Positions 39,150 through 53,403 of a stretch of DNA of 64,000 nucleotides are shown here, one piece after another; positions within the stretch are counted from its first letter, which is position 1, and every line of letters starts with the position of its first letter. Source of the stretch: Gnetum montanum. Its lineage: Eukaryota > Plantae > Gnetophyta. The stretch is from assembly GCA_015680685.1 (NCBI GenBank), contig MNCI01002312.1, positions 453,652 through 517,651 on the forward strand, read 5' to 3'. The notes below the pieces were generated by a model. That model did no database searches, was not told the origin of the DNA, and saw nothing but the letters and a program-made list of their open reading frames with translations. The position numbers and the translations under genes are program-made.

Positions 39150-42100
39150 TGAATCTAGAACAACCTTCAACATCTGTGTCAAATGTGCTTGACATCTTGC
39201 CCATCCAATAAGAGATTAGGATTATGAGCCTTGTGATTGCAAGACCAAGGTAATTCCTTAGGTTATGTAGTAAAGATCTAGGATACACTGTGCTAACCAA
39301 TTAGCACACAACTTTATATGCACAAAGATTGAAGAAGTGTTGTCTATAGATCACCCTAACACGAAGGCAAAATGGAACTACAAGCTAATCCATTAGGACT
39401 GATGAGAGTATATTTCTTCCTCATTTGACATCATCTTTTTCATGGAGCCTAATCATCAGCTGTTAACCCAACTCATCTAAGTCATAAGTGTGACATAGGT
39501 GAGTGCAATGTAGGAATAGATTATGAAGAAGTACTATAGGAGGAAGAGAATGAGTTTGAAGCTTGCACCAAGCATGAGGGGCCCTCCCACACTACCTTCC
39601 AATGAGAAATCCCTAGTTTGGCCCCTTTTTGGTTTAGTTCACCTATTTTCCCTAAGATGGTCATAGCACTAACATCACCTTCCCACTTCGTTAGGCCTAG
39701 GTTAATGCCTATAGTAGTAATGCATCAGACGCAATACACACATTATAATGTAGCAGCTTTCCTTAACTTGTCCTTCATGACATCATCGCAACCTATTCAA
39801 CCATATCTAAGCATAGCAACCATATCAACTCAATAATATGTCCATGTAGGACCCTTCCATAGGTCCCAAATAACTCAAGCACCCTACATCTTGCCTATTG
39901 CATCAACACCTTTAGTGTTGATCCAACCCATGCATGCATTGCTTGCCCCAAGCACCATGCCCATATCATATCTAACACATTAAGCACATCGTGTAGTACC
40001 ATAACTGGTGACCAGGTAATGGACCACACAATCAGCCCAAGAATAGATAGTGCAACCAAATCAGTTAGTTGGAGCATCTCAAAACTTAGACTAGGCATTC
40101 TAGTTGATCCAAAGCTTGATTGAAAAGGTGAAGCGACTCAAAGCTACCTCCTCCAAAATTTTCAAAGTGGTGGACTTCTACCAGGATGACCTTATAATTC
40201 CTACAGTTCCACCTCTAACTCTTCCAACTAGGGTCCCATTGCCTTAATTCACCAAATACAATGGTGAGGGAGATCCTAATGTGCATATGGTCACATTTAG
40301 GCTCAACTGCCTCCTGTTGCAAGCATGGCTACATGCTATCATGTGCATGTTCACCATGTCACTAACTGGAAAAGCATTAGATTGGTACTATGCACTACCC
40401 ATAGGCTCTATCTCCTCTTTGGAGGACCTCTTGATCCAATTTTTAATGCACTTCAAATACAATTTGAAGCTAGAGGCAACCTTAGACGAACTAATGTAAG
40501 TCAAGTAGGGCAACCTAGATCCCATGCAGAAATTCATTCAAAACTAGAGTGCCTCACTAAATGAGATACAAGAGCTGATATCATAAGAACATCTCCTAGC
40601 CATTTTTAAGGGCATAGTTAATGAATTTATAAAGTTGAACCTATACTACCTAGGCCTGTAGTCCCTAAGCCAAGCCTTCATTCAAACAAAAAGCATAGAG
40701 GATGCGGCAGAAGCTACCAAGGACCCAACCTATGTGGCCTACAAAAATCAACATGCAAGGAGGGATAAAGATAAGGGAAAATAAAATGCAATGGTGGAAA
40801 CTATAGCCAAATAAGCCAAAGCAACCAACTAAGGATAGAAGGCTAAATAGCCCAAAGCCTCGACTAATAACAAAGTTGCCAACTCTAGTGCTAACGCAAC
40901 CAACCAACCAACATCCTCAGTGGCCATAGTATAAGTTATTCAAAGGCCCAACTTTGAGTGTAAGGATCACTCTAAGTATACCTTGTTGCCACTAAAGCCT
41001 TCAAAGCTACTAGACCAACTACTAAAAGTTGGACATATCCAATACAAACAAATGTCTAAGGATGCCTACATAAAACATGATAGATACTACAAACTTCTAA
41101 GAAATCCCACTTTGATAGCACTGAACAAGCCCCTAGTCCCAAGACATTTTAGGTTGGACCAATTTTTCCCTTACTACTAATTGCCTAACCATAGCTCATA
41201 CTTTTTCCTAGCTTTTTAAGATGATATAAAAAGGATGATTGATAGAGGTGAGCTGATGCTTGACATTGCAATCCCAGTTACGTCTCAAAACTAGTCCATG
41301 AGGGTGTACAATGATCCTCTAAATGCTAATGATGCTAGCTATGTCATAAATTCCATTAGTGTTGATGATAGTTTAGAACCAATGCAACAACCATTTTTGG
41401 TAGTAGTGCCCTTTGGTAATGAAAGGGCCTGTAGGCCTCCATGGGTTCAAGGATTTTCTTCATTTTTAGAGCATCACCTTGGGCACCCACAATGCCCTTC
41501 ATGGTTAGGGTCCGACAACATGTCACAACAATAACTATTTAACCATCCTTTGTCATTAGAGTTTGACAACATGCCAGCCCCTCACCTATCTAAAGCCTAG
41601 TAGTAGCCAAAACATTGGTCCCTTCTCATCCAAGGGTCATCCTCACTAGCAACATGGGTAGACCCCCTAGGTGGTAAATGAAATTATTAGGCAACATCAA
41701 GACCCAAGAGTGCTTGGTCCACCAAGACTAGCCCCTATATCTATGGTTCCCATGGCCAAAACAACTGAAGAGGCCATAACCAGCAAATCACAAGGGAGTA
41801 CTGAGGCCCCTAGGCAAGCCAAGCAAATAAAGCCTAAGTATCCTCCACAAGAAATCTATCTCTTAGGCCACATGGAAGAAGTGAAGGCCAACAAAAACAT
41901 GTCTAATGGTAAGGACTTCATGGAAACATTAGCCCAAGTCAAATAAGTGCTTGAATAGAAAAATACAACATTAAGCTTGTATGACTTGATCATGACCTCA
42001 TTTTCTAACTATGAAGCACTAGTGTGGATGTTGATCTCCATCCCTGTTATAGAGACATTCATGCAGATGAGACCTCCATCCATGCAGTGATGTTGCCCCT

Positions 42101-42830
42101 TGCACCACAGGAATCGAGTTCCATGTTCCTAGAATTTTGTGATGAAGTGATCAAGGTCAATCCTAAGAGGGGTAAGGTCATAATAGCTCCAATTTTTATT
42201 ACTATACATGTTGTGCAATGCAAGATTTGTAGAGTGCACATCAATGATAGAGCAACCATAAACATAATACCATACACCATTGTGGATAAGCTAGGCCTTG
42301 TAGACCAAATTAAGGTAATGAAAATCATGTGCTTGAAATTCTTCAATGGATCATGCATCATCATTAAGGGCATGGTTACTATATATTTTGTAGTAGGGGA
42401 GAAATTCCCCACCACTACCAAGTTCATTATTATAGAAGAGATGCTAGTCTTTAATCTAATATTGGGTAGACCTTGGTTAGCCCAGTTATGAGCCATCTCC
42501 TCTCTAATTCATCAAGAGATCGACCTTCCATTTGAAGATGGTGAAGTTATCATCCATGGTGATAATGTCACCTCATTAGCCATCAATAAGATAGACATGG
42601 ACCAAGGGCTGGAGGTTGAGTTTCCTGATGATGCACTTGTGACAAAGAATGAAACTCATAAAGCAGATACAACTAAAATAGTGGTAGAAATTAATAACCT
42701 CTTAGAGGATGCCCTTTGGGAAAATTTTCCCTTTGACATAGCAAGCAAGAGTCAAGCGGATTACCAGATGGTGTAGGCTAGATCCTACACGGCTTCTAAC
42801 CCACATTGGGTTAGGAAGCAACTGCACAAC
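39150..42830 (+). pseudogene. gag: gag-protease of element B (decayed)
   Basis: GKALDWYYALPIGSISSLEDL (gag); RVHINDRATINIIPY, FNLILGRPWLAQL (PR). Confidence 0.85.
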
Positions 42831-43149
42831 TAAGGTGCCTCATTAGTCTTAAAATGTGCTAGGTGCTTACTTTCTATTTGTTTCTATGCACCCTGTATTT
42901 TACTTTTTGCTTATGTTACATTTATTTTACATTAGATTAGCATGTAGCCTATTATTTGCAGTTAGCTTCATTACTTAGATTATGCATCGATTTGCTTAGT
43001 TTACACATTTACCTACTTTGTTTATGCATTCTTCTACTTTTTCTATGCATTTTATCATTTATTTTACACTTCCATAACTATTACTTTAATACATAAAAAA
43101 CCTCAAAAATGCATAAAAATCATAAAAGCCAAAATTACAAAAAAGAGAC

Positions 43150-43550
43150 ATAGTAATAGGTGGCCTACTATGACCTTAAACTGGCAACATTGCGACCTGG
43201 TATGGCCTTAAACTGGCAATGTTGTGGCTCACTATGGTCTTAAAATAGCAACTTTGTTACCTGCCATGGCCTTAAACTAGCAATTTAAAGGCCCAGAATG
43301 GCCTTAAACTGTTGCTTTCAATTCCATTACTAAAAGCCCAAAATGGCCTAAAACTACCACTATAATTGTGGTCCATCATGGCCTTAAATTGGGCAATTCC
43401 ATGGCTCTCTATGGCCTTAAACTAGAAACACATAGCTCTAAGTGGCCAAAAACTAGCATGGGATCCATCAAAGATTTAAATTAACAATAGACTTGCTATG
43501 GATTGCAATGGCCTAGTATCGCTATGGCCCGTAATGGCAGAAACTCACAT
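43150..43550 (+). repeat. ~30-bp tandem array (ATGGCCTTAAACTAGCAA core)
   Basis: More than ten degenerate units. Confidence 0.85.
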
Positions 43551-46500
43551 AGTCATAGAAAATGCAATAAAATCATCATATAGGGATAAAATTTTTCACA
43601 TTACACATAGAAAATAATCATCCATATAAAATTTAATGTGAATAGAAATACATAGAATGAATAGCATCACATAGAAAAATGCCTAGGGGGAGGTACATTT
43701 GGTCATACTTAACTAGTAGCACTAGGTGGGGACGAAGGTTTTGCTTCTTCTACTAGGTCACTGGGGCCTACAACTTTACTTGGTACTTAGCATGACCATT
43801 AACAAAGATGCATGATTGGTAAGAAAGCATGCATTATATGAACTAGCTCAAAACATAAAAAGCATAAGAAACTAATGTAATAGAAACTAACATGGGATGG
43901 CCCTGCATTGGTGAGTTCTAGAGGTAACTTTCCAAGGTTGACCTTTAAGCGATGGAGGATCTTAGCTTCAAAAAGTTGCATCTAGTCTTCTTGGTCAAAT
44001 TTAATATCTACAAGTGTCTTACCTTTGTCCATGATGGTCCACATGGGTGGCTCCATGGAGAATGTAGTAGAAGAGGCCTCTCTAGAGGGGGTGATGATTT
44101 GTCTCATAGGAGAGTCACTCACAACCATATGCTACATGAACAAGTCATATGCCTACTTCCTATTGGTCACCTCAAGGAACATCTCAAGGAAACAACATTT
44201 GGTAGACTCTTCCTTGTACCATCATAGGTACACATAGCACTCTTGCTTGTACTAATGTTTGTGGTTCTTCTACAATTGTCTCCACCAATAAACCTTTATG
44301 ATATAATTCTTCCAATCTTGATTCTTCTGAGCAAGAAAATCTATCTAGAGCTACTACTCTACCAACTCCTGCATGGCCTCATTATTTTCTCTAAGAGCTC
44401 TCTAGTACCTAGCATGCTCAAATTGATAAGTATGCTAGGTGCCATCTCCCCATGATCTAGCTACTATGAAGTCATATCTAGATTGAAGATCTTTGATCTT
44501 CTCATCTTTACTAGCCACCCTCTCCTATAGTTTGTGCATGTGTTTTCACAGGTACTCATTAGAATGCCTACAGACCCATAATGGCTTTGCACAAGGAAGC
44601 ACACACTTCTTAGATGTCTCGTACATGTGATGAGGCACTGAATCAACTTTAGGAGGAAGGTTGAGCAAAGTGTCCATCCTTGCTAGCTTGCTTAGATGCT
44701 ACTATAGCTTAAGACCTATAGGAAACAACTAATTAATCTCAGCTAAAAATTAAACATTTAAGCAATAAGCAAGATAGCATAAAGTAGAATAGCATTGCAT
44801 GCATACCTAACTTAGGTATTCTTGTCGCAAGTGGGCCACCATGTCCTCAACAATGCCTACCATGAAGGCAAGTTTATCCAACATGTCTACCCATGGCTCC
44901 ATGTGATAGGTATATGTAGGACCACTAGTGAAAACATTTGATACTCTAATATAGATGGAAATAAAAGTGAATTACCCAATAATCCCTCAAGTGTGAGTGT
45001 AAGGGGCTCACCTAGCTACGTACCATCAAATAAAGTGTCAAAATCATCCCTATTGGAATGGAGCAACCCCTCTTCTTCAAATGGTCAAAGGATTTCTACC
45101 ATCTTGTGAAGCTCATCTCCATGAGCTACCTCCTCCTCAGCCTAGGTGAAGGCTTCCTTCGTTGTTGCTTTAGCTACTGCTCTTGCAACCCTCTCTTCTC
45201 TTTCTACAGTTAACACATGTATGTGTAAGGCATAGTATCATTAGCTAAATAAAATTATAGCATAAAAAAAACATAAAATAATATATACATAAATGTAACC
45301 AAAGAATCTAGCATCTATGCATACTAACTTGCAACATGCACATGCAAGCTTTGTAACTTGATGTGGATCTTTTTACTGTTTGTTTTCTTTATCTCAAGGT
45401 CAGCTTCCTCTTGAGGATGTAGGCTCTTGATCTTTGTCTTAGATGGCCCCATCATCTCTACTATGTGTAAATCCTTCTTGCTTACATCCCTGATGCGAAT
45501 TGGAGGGTCCTTATCCATACTCTCACATGAATAATGTGAGTGTCCCATAGGAACCTTGGTTGTTAATGATAATGACTCATTGATCTTATTTGGAGGGTCT
45601 TGCATGCATGTGGTCAAAAAAATATGTTTGACACATGGTTGGGATAGTTGCTCATGGTCTTACACCATCCATCATCCATCATCTCAGACAACTAGAAGCT
45701 CTACAAACTTTCATAGGTATCTTGCAAAGAATGTGAAGTGGATGTGGGACCTCACCTGGAGGTTGAATCGAAGCTGAGAAATCTTTGCATGAAAACCAAT
45801 GGCTATGTATGTGTCCTAATTAAACCTCATACCCTCTAGTAGCACCTCCTTCATTACTTGCACTTGTTCCACCCCTAGGATCTTTCCTTAGAAAAGTCAC
45901 TTTGGAAAGACACAAATGTAGAGCAAAGGGTAGAGCTCTTGCACCTCAATCACCTACACATCTTTGATTGATATGCCTTTATGAGATCAAGTGGCCCCCA
46001 ACTAGTCCTAGATTTCCTCTCTTTGGTTCACCTCCCTATTGGCCTTATCAATAATCATTGTGCCATTAGTAGGATTGCCAAAGAGATTAATGAAGAAGGC
46101 CTCACTAAGGTCCAACAATACCATGATGTCATGCACTCAAGTAACAAATCTCTTGACATCACTGCTAAAGGAGTTGATGATGGTGACCATTTCAACCACT
46201 AAGATACTTAGGCTAAGGGCCAAGAATAGGTCTATTAACCCAACATGTGTGAGCCAAGCTATCAGTGCATCTAGCACTCTATGGCATAGCCAATGTTGTG
46301 CACCTTCCATGTTCCCATATTTCATGATGAGGGTTGCCTCTGTGTGACCTGTGGTGACCACTATCACCTCGGATGAAGCAACCACCATTGCAATATGAAG
46401 TAAAATAAGGTTACCATTTCATCATGCAAATAAGGTAAATTTAAGGGCATACACATAAGCACATGATCTAAAAGGTATGAGATGGGGGAGGGGGTGGGGG

Positions 46501-46602
46501 GGGGGGGGGTTGGATGCTGTAGACACCTCCTCAGAGTTAATCTCAGTAGTATCCCACTCCTCATCTAACCAGCAATGGGTCCTTAATTACTTGTACATTT
46601 AC

Positions 46603-47555
46603 ATCCTACACCCAACCATATGAATCATAAGAGTTCAAGCATAATCTGATCAAATTCTATGGATGGAACTAGTTGTGGCATCTAGATCATTATGCCTTGA
46701 TTTCAATTCACTGTCTTCTCACTTGGATTGGTGGTAGCTTTGTCATGTATGGTTTAGTCTAGAGTGAGGCATACGATTCTTGATGTTTTTTTGGCCTTTT
46801 TCTACTTCTAATGATAATAAAGAAATCAATTACTTAATTTAATGAACAACATAAAGGTAAAGTATAAACTAGCCTACCGAAAATGATTGTCCATTCCTAG
46901 CTTGTTGTACATATCTTGAACCCACATATCCACTCTACTATGCTACTAGAAAAACCAAGTGATAATGTTGCTGGGATTAACAAGTAAATATGCGTTTATG
47001 CTCAAAACTAGTTGTGCTCATTCTTCCAATTCATTAACATGCATGGAAATATAAATATTAACTAAGTACATGCAATATAAATTACATTAAAATTAAATTT
47101 AATCTAAGTCAAAGTTCTACAATGAATAAGAACCAATCTTGATCTTATTGCTATTCATGGATGTGTCCAAGTACATTTTCACTTGAATAAGATGTTGTAC
47201 AACTAACTCAAATCCACAATGCAAGCACTCATTGACTATTCTCTAAGATTACAAAATAAAACTACAAGAGTTCAGCTACTCTATTGGCCAAAGAATTTCA
47301 TGAACATGGCTATGATGGCATATTTATAGATTTTATTACTAGGATGCATCGATGGGGCCTCATCAATTCATGATATGATGTGTTGATAGGGCCTCATTGA
47401 TTCATGATACGATGCATCAATGTGGCATTTTCAATGAGGCCTAGTTAGCGAGACCTTATTATCAAATCCTTGTTATCGAAGCCTTGTTGTCAAAGATTTG
47501 TTATCAGGACTAGGACATCAGAGCTAAGATATCAGAGCCAATTGATGACTCATCA
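46603..47555 (-). repeat. 3' LTR
   Basis: Direct repeat of 52446-53403. Confidence 0.9.
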
Positions 47556-49929
47556 TAACCCCACAATTGAATAAAAACTTGTCCTCATGTTAATAGGATA
47601 GGAGCAAACCTTGTTTACAAAATTGAAAAGGTATGGAATTATTGACTGACACTAAAAACTGACTGATTTTGAGTGTTACATTACAAAATTTTATTCAAGT
47701 GGATGCATACAAAATGTTAGAGTGATAAAAAGATTGGAAAAAATTTTAAGATTACAAAATTTGCAAAGGTGTTCAAGAATCCACTATAGATGATTCTTCT
47801 TGTTGCTGCTAGCATTGGTAGACTTCCAACCTAGATTATTATGTTGATGCTTCTCTAGTTATGTACAACATTTTTGAAATATGGATTAAAATTTCTTCTC
47901 ATCATCCCTTGGATCTAGTAAACATGTGATGCTTGAGTTGCTATCTTGTATGTGATATGATTTTTCCATGGGCATATCCTCCATTGTTCCTATCTTGGCT
48001 TTGTCTCCATGCCTAGAAAAAGACCTTCTTCCTTAGGCATTTCTTTTATCATCACTTGTAGTCACCAAAGAATCAACATTAGTTTTGGTAAATTTTCCTT
48101 AATAATTAAGCCTTTTTGAATCCCTTAGTTTTCATTTAATCACAAGGTGATGATAGCATACTATGCCCAAGGCTATGAGGTAACTAAAATCATCAAGTTG
48201 TTCACGTTATTTTGATCAATTACTATTAGTTACTATGATGTTAAAAAATAGGATGTTAGAAAAATTTCAAAATTTGAAAGTTGACATCCTTAGCCCCCAT
48301 GATTAATAAGCATAACTCTAGAAGCACACGAGTTTTTAAATAATTGAAACCAAATGTTTGATTTAGAAGATGACCAAGAAATATTGAACTTGAAGGATAT
48401 TTTAATAGAAAAGTAGGAAAAAGTAAAAAAGTAATTGAAAGTGATGAAAAGTAGTCCCAAAAGTATGCATAAATTCAAGAAAATTTTCATTAATGTTCTA
48501 GAAGATCTGAATGTTAGTTCAAAGCCATGATTAACGAAAGCTATGCAAGTGGGTCCTCCCCAAAGAAGGCTCCTACCATAATGCCCTTGCATAATGACTT
48601 CTATAGATGTCCGTGGATACCTAAGAAGTTAAATGTAGAGCATGGATTTGTTCCAAATAGCACACAACTGCTATGGTCGGATGTTGCACTATACTACATA
48701 AGACCAAAATGTTCATAATCATATGTAGTAGTGAGATGAATAATGGGATGATAAGAGATTGCAGAGATCAGGATGTAAGCTACTCGACCATGTCCACAAT
48801 AGGTTCTTGTGAAAAATGTGATTAAAATGATCAATATACTGATCCATCCAAGTTCAAACCAAGTCCATACCATGAATAGTAACCTTGCATTGATGTGTTT
48901 CATCCTACCAACTACCATAAGTCCATAACAACATCAAAGAATGATCATCACTCCAAAAAGAGAAGAAAGGAGAAGAAGGAAGGAAGGGCCTTAGTTAGAG
49001 AGGTGCCTTTAGGCATGTATAACATGTCTTTCTAGCCCCATAACTACTACTTGTAGCCTATTATTATGTCTAAAGGATGTGCTTTGAATTTCCATTATTA
49101 TTGTTTTCCTTTTTTCCTTTTNTGGTCATTCCATCTTTCTTTAAGGTATAATGATCATTGATTAATTTTAGTTTCATAAAATAAAACCAAATTGTTTCCA
49201 TGAGAAAGAACTTTTATTCATAGAACTAGAGGGATGGATGAGGTGGTCTCATTACTTTACACAATTACTTACCCAATCATCTTAATATCATAGCACAAAA
49301 ACCCAACACATAGCATTGAATATTTCATCATGACCTGGAAATATTATTAATTGAAATATTAAATACATTTATAAAACATAAATAAAATGACTCAAGAAAA
49401 GAGAAAAATATTAAGAAATGTAAAACATATCAAGAATAAAAAAGTTTTAGAAGAAATAAGAAAATGATAAAGAATTGTAAAAATAAAAAGGTGAAAAACA
49501 CTTATTAGTTCTTGAACTAGGATGGAGCATCTCGCCCATGACTAATCTTATGCTTGCACATTCAAGAGATGGACTACATAATTCCTTAGTTATACACCAC
49601 TGGCTTCCCATTTATCACCATTATTAAGTTAATTAATCATGTGGTAGCACATCTAACATTGGTGATGGTCTTGTTTGGATCATTTGGAGATATATCTTCA
49701 TCTAGACTTGAAGGTATTTCTATTTTTGGAGGTCCAGATGTGTTTAGTTTTTCTTCTTAATTTTCTATTTTAATTCTTGGTTCTCCATGTTTAATATCCT
49801 CTTCTAGTGTATAATTAAAGTGTAAGATATCTATGTCTAAGTCCTTGGTTTGGTCCATTTTCTTAAGTCTAGCACTAATAAGTAGATTAGTTGCATTCAT
49901 GCATCTTTGAACCAACTTTATATTTTCAT

Positions 49930-52330
49930 TTTTAAGCCACTAGATGTCTTCTAGTTTAGTGGCTACTATGTAGGTTGGTTCTTTCTCACACACTTGTTCC
50001 TTAGCTTTGTTTGTGGGTTGTATTAATATTTTTAATTTTTGGTCCACAATTACACCCTTTACTATTAGTGATGCATGGATTCTTCTTTTGTCTCTCCAAA
50101 ATTGTAGATTCATCATTTCTATCAGGTGTTGGAGTAATAATGGATGTTGGCCTTTGCATAGGATTAGAGGACATTGGTTGTGAAAGGAAGGGTGCTGCAC
50201 TTGATTGGCATTGTGCTAGCTTGGATAAGTTAGTAGGCCCATGAGTCTTGCCCTTCTACCTAGGAGCTATCCTAAAGAAAGGATGTTTTCTATTTTTTGG
50301 TGGAAACCTACTAGCATTATCATTTCTATGTATGTTTATAGCACAAGTGTCATTCTCTCATTGATGTTGTGGTGCTAAACTTCCTGTGTTGTTGTTGGTG
50401 ACATATGGTGAAGGGAAGTATGAGAATATTGAGGATATGATGAAGGATGAGAGGTGTGAGGTGGTGATACTTTAGAAGATGTCATGTTATAATGATATTC
50501 AAGAGTGGTAGTACTGATTTAAAGTAGAGGATGTAGAACTAGTTGGAGAAACAGGTAGTTGAACATAATACCTATATGGATTCGACTAGTAGTAAGGGTA
50601 GTGCTACTTTGATGATGGCCTCCCCCATGATTGTGGACTTTTCCACTACATTGGATGATAATGTTGAGGCTAGTAAGAAGTCCTACTAGGATGGTATAGT
50701 TGGTTGTAGGACTGTCTATAATTACCTTGTGAGAAAGGTAATTTTTTGGGCATTTTCTTTTGTACAAACTTGGGATTCAATGCATAAGCCCAATACTCAT
50801 ATAGATGTAACATGATTGGGCAATAGCCCTTTAAATGGTCATATAGGAAAATGTCACATTCGTCATCTTCTTCCATGGTTGAATCTATAGCCTCTTCTTC
50901 TATAGCCATTTTTCCTATTTTCCGATAAGTGTTCCTAGCTATTTCTTCATTATTTTTGTTCTGTTTATTATGATTACCTAAGTCATTTTGTATTACCTTA
51001 TCCTCTACAGTTTCTACAAAATTTGTAGGTTTTTCATTTATCCACCCTGACATTTTACCTAGCCTTGCCTAGAGTTCATCAAGAGATTGTTGCAGTGGCA
51101 AGGTTTGTTCTAAAATCATCTCATCAAGAGTTGCATCATTTTCCTCATCATAGATATGGATCCTCTTGTTTTGAAGAGTTGGATCCTAGTGATATTTCTC
51201 AACATTCTCTTATTTACATAGCTCTTCTTCTTCTTTTTCCACAAGCTCAATTAGCCTTTGTATCTGATGGGCTTTTAGTTGGTATAATCAACCTTGAGCA
51301 TACATCCCAAGGGTCTTCCTTGTTTCATTATGAAGCCCATCTATGATGTGAAAAATTTTCTCTTTTTGAGAGAAATCATGGCTAGGACATCTATGTAGTA
51401 GCAAATAGTATCTATCTAAGGCCACATCCAAGGGTTCATGATTTTCTTGCTTCCACCCTTGGATTTGTTTTCTTAGGTTGGATACTCTTGCATAAGTTTG
51501 GTATTTTTCATTAGAAATTTCTACCATTGTAGACCACTAGTGGATGGAACTTGGTTCCAATTATCTATACCAACATTCAACTTCATCTATTAATATCCTA
51601 TGAAAGAGCTTAAGCTTTTTCCACTTATTTTTAATATTTTGCAGGGCATAGGCATCATGGAAGGCTTGTAAGTGATGTTGTGGATTAGAATCATAGCCTC
51701 CCATAAATTCAGGAATATTATTCATATCAAGCCTTGTTATGTGACTTTCCCTACGATGCTTGTGGGGTATCTTAACTACCTCTATGATCTACATCAAGCT
51801 CTTAGTGGCCAAAAATGGTTCACTATCATCAAACATGTTGTGATGAGAATTTCCATTTCTATTTGTTTAATTATGAAAATTTTGTCTATGTTCATTTTGA
51901 TGTCTTTGATTTTGCACTTGGGTTCAATTTCTATTCTTATTTCAACCTCATAGTGGAGCTTGATCTCTATACTTACATTCATCTTCATAAAAACTAGACG
52001 TTGAAGAGGAAAAGGAAGATGAGAAACTAGGAGAGTCACCATGGCTTCTATAGTATTCCCCATGGTCCCTTGATTTATCATTTTTAGGTTTTGAGGAGGT
52101 CCTAGGCCTTGAGGCCTTCCCTGGTCTAGGACTTACTTCATCTTCTCTAGGGTTTTCTACCTTAGGTGAATGTAGTCCTTGATCATAGTTAGGGTGGTCA
52201 TGAACATATGAAATCCCTACATGAGGTTGGTCACTCCAGTTTTCTTCAATATATATCTCATTGGTTCTCCAATGAATGTTCTCTTCATATGATGCATTAT
52301 CACTTCCTCATGAGAGAGACATTATTTTTG
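49930..52330 (-). pseudogene. gag: gag (decayed)
   Basis: EKYQTYARVSNLRKQIQGWKQENHEPLDVALDRY...; homologue of 30230-32620. Confidence 0.8.
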
Positions 52331-52445
52331 GTGTATAATGTGTGTGACTTAGTATTTTCTCAAAGATAGTTTGTTAATGCATTTATAGTGATTGTGTAAT
52401 ATAGCTAATCTAGATAACTAGCACCATCCTTGGAAATGATACCAA

Positions 52446-53403
52446 TGATGAGTAGCGAGGTACCCCTTACATTCAACCATATGAATCACAAGCATTCATG
52501 CATGATCTAGGTGAATTCCATGGATGGGACTAGTTGTGGCATCTAGATTGTATGCCTTGATCACAATTCACTATCTTCCCACTTGGACTAGTGGTAGCTT
52601 TGTCATGTATGGTTTAGTCTAGAGCGAGGCATATGATTCTTGATGTTGTTTCAACCTTGTGCTACTCCTAATGATAATAAAGAAATAAATTACTTAATCT
52701 AATGAACAACATAAGGGTAAAGTCTAAACTAGCCTACAAGTGATAAATGTCTATTCCTAGCTTGTTGTACACATCCTAAACCCATGTATCTACTACTAGG
52801 ATTACCAAATGCTATGCTATTGGGCAAACCAAGTAATAACACTACAAGGATTACTAAGAAAATATGTGATTATGCTCAAAATTGGTCATGCTCATTCCAC
52901 CAATTCATTAACATGCATGGAAAAATAAGTAATAACTAAGTACATGGAATATAAATTACATTAAAAGTAAATTTGATCTAAGTCAAAGTACTATAATGAA
53001 TAAGAATCAATCTCAATCATAATGCCATTCTTGGAATGTGTCCATGTACATTGCCACTCGAATAAGATGCCATACAACTAACTTAGATCCACACTGCATG
53101 CACTCACTAACTATTCTCTAAGATTATGAAATAAAACTACAAGAATTTGGCTACTCTATTAACCAAAGAATTCCATAAACATGGCTGTGAGTGTGTATTT
53201 ATAAATTTTATTGCTAGGCTACATCGATAGGGCCTCATTGCTGCATTATATGATGTGTCAATAGGGCTATGTTAATGGGCCCAATTATTAGGACCTTGTT
53301 ATTAGAGCCTTGTTCTCATAGCCTTCTTATCTAGGCTAGGACATTGAAGCTAATCAAAAATTTGACTTTTTGCCAAATAACCTAGCCAATTGATGACTCA
53401 TCA
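52446..53403 (-). repeat. 5' LTR
   Basis: TGATGAG...CTCATCA termini with adjacent PBS. Confidence 0.92.

Larger units (their letters stand above)
46603..53403 (-). mobile_element. Pol-less Athila-type element
   Basis: 5' LTR 52446-53403, PBS rc at 52427-52445, gag ~49930-52330, accessory remnant ~47750-48900, PPT rc at ~47556-47570, 3' LTR ~46603-47555 (end clipped). Confidence 0.88.

Noticed and set aside
43150-43550. CRISPR-like array (also 56380-56745)
   Set aside because: Degenerate tandem units without unique spacers, inside a plant retrotransposon
46483-46510. G-tract / G-quadruplex
   Set aside because: Simple homopolymer in a decayed Pro-rich exon; no supporting evidence of function
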